DNA of 35,286 nucleotides from Octopus bimaculoides (Eukaryota). This document shows, piece after piece, positions 33,716 to 35,286 of this stretch. Location of the stretch: contig NC_068982.1 in NCBI RefSeq assembly GCF_001194135.2, forward strand, positions 177,560,962 through 177,596,247, read 5' to 3'. The position numbers and the translations under genes were made by a program. A model generated the notes under the pieces. It was not told the origin of the DNA. It saw only the letters and a program-made list of their open reading frames with translations, and ran no database searches. The first letter of the stretch is position 1. Every line of letters starts with the position of its first letter.

Positions 33716-34267
33716 GCACGTGACAGTCGGCCATCTTTATTCTCCTAACTTGAATTTCCTTCTTTTTCTCTGATCAGTCACAGAGGTTGGACGCATTCTT
33801 GTCTGTCTCTTGTCAGGGTTTTTTTCTCCGCGTTCACCAGCTCAACTCGTCTAGGCTTAGCAACCCTTCCTGTCTGTTTTCACAAAATCCCAAATTTTAT
33901 TTAATTTGCTTTGCGGAAGCAACTGTTATGTCGAAAACGTATCTTGTTGTGAAATGCTCGAAATACGAAGTAGAAAAACAGCCAGCAACTGATGAAGGGT
34001 CATTTTTTTTCCTGTTGCTTGTCTTCGTTTCCGTTTGTTTCTTTCGTTGTTCGGAAAAAAAGTTCGTATTCCATGTTGTCGTATTTCGTATTTCATGTTG
34101 TTTTCATATTTTATGTTTATTTTATGTTGCTTACGTTCCGTAGTGTCCTGTGCCAATATATGCATGTATATACAAATATATGTATGTACATATATATAGG
34201 TGTATGTATGCAATATATATTTATATGTTATTTATATATCATATATATACATACATATATATATATA

Positions 34268-35257
34268 TCATTCGTGATCTACTTTTTGCAGATGATGCTG
34301 CACTAGTAGCTACCTCTTTAGCAGAAGCTCAGAAACTTCTAGACCAGTTTTCTGCTGCATGTAAAGTCTTTGGTTTGACTATTAGCATAAGAAAAACCGA
34401 AGTAATCCACCAACCTTGCCCTACTCCTAAACAAATTCGAGGAGTCAAGCAGAGGCCATCGGTTCACAATTTTCCTGGCACTCCTATACAGGTTGATGGG
34501 GAAAACCTACATTATGTGAAGTCATTTGCATATCTTGGTGGTAATAAAGTGAATTCGAACGCTTTCCTTGATGAAGAAATTGTCCACCGTCCTGCAAAGG
34601 CAAGCAGCGCATTTGGCAAATTCCATCATCTCCTATGGATTGAAAGGGGTATCAAACTTGGCGCCAAAGTACAGGTCTATAACGCTGCCATTCTTACTAC
34701 TCTCTTGTATGGCTCAGAATCGTGGATACCCTATCGGAGACAACTTCCACAAAGGCTGTCCGAGGACAATCTGCAGTTATTCACTAAAAGACAGAGTTTC
34801 TAATGCCGACCTGTTTAGCAAGTGTAAGATTGGTGAAACGAGAGCTTCCTTATGCAATCACAATTGTGCTGGGTTGGCCATGTCGTCAGCTTGAGTGACG
34901 AAAGAATACCCAAAGTCCTCATGTACAACCAGCTTGAGAATGGGCACAGGAATGTTGGTCGACCATGGTCCAGATATAAGGACAAGCTGCAGTAACCTCT
35001 TAGAAATGAAGACAGTTCACAACACCTTTGAGCGAACAGCCTTGGAACGAACAAAATGGAGCAAGGCAAAGGAGAAAAACGGTTACAAATATACAATCTG
35101 CATTGACCTGTGATCCTGATACTTGCAGGATCTGTGGGCGTTTTTGTAAATCGTTGGCGGGACTTAAATATCACATTAGACATAAGCATGATGACTGACA
35201 AACAAAGAGCATGTTGTCGGAGCCTCATACGTCGAAACTGACGGGAGAGCCCATCAT
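34268..35257 (+). mobile_element. RTE-clade LINE, 5'-truncated at RT motif 5, with frameshifts and an intact 3' end
   Basis: IRDLLFADDAALVATSLAEAQKLLDQFSAACKVFGLTISIRKTEV..VKSFAYLG..DEEI..AKASSAFG..TLLYGSESW; QSQLCWVGHVVSLSDERIPKVLMYNQL..GRPWSRYKD; terminal CRICGRFCKSLAGLKYHIRHKH; (TA)n on both sides. Confidence 0.95.
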
Positions 35258-35286
35258 ATATATATATATATATATTTATGTGTGTG

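Noticed and set aside
33787-34306. Hydrophobic or aromatic-rich ORFs upstream of the RTE
   Set aside because: Composition derives from T-rich and (TA)n low-complexity DNA; no recognisable domain.

Overview
Eukaryotic, AT-rich, non-coding draft-assembly window with 8 N-gaps, most bordered by microsatellites. The SINE families and the microsatellite density point to a coleoid cephalopod, most likely Octopus; this is recognition from memory, not a database result. I find no supportable host protein-coding gene: the long ORFs in the track are microsatellite or N-run artefacts, or retrotransposon fragments. The window is a fossil bed of retroelements: six fragments of restriction-like-endonuclease (RLE) non-LTR retrotransposons of the R4/Dong type, a very old CR1 LINE, a 5'-truncated RTE LINE, about 22 tRNA-derived SINE copies from at least 3 families, three foldback/MITE-like hairpins and a ~370-bp inverted repeat pair. 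The most interesting signals are: (1) microsatellites acting as strand-polarised landing pads, with Dong-like LINEs always in (TAA)n on their sense strand and SINE-A in the same tracts in the opposite orientation; (2) an RLE LINE flanked on both sides by (CATA)n, a candidate new target specificity; (3) a degenerate minimal type I hammerhead ribozyme motif; (4) a 206-bp insert with a 13-bp target-site duplication inside a SINE head, sharing its 3' tail with a SINE subfamily.
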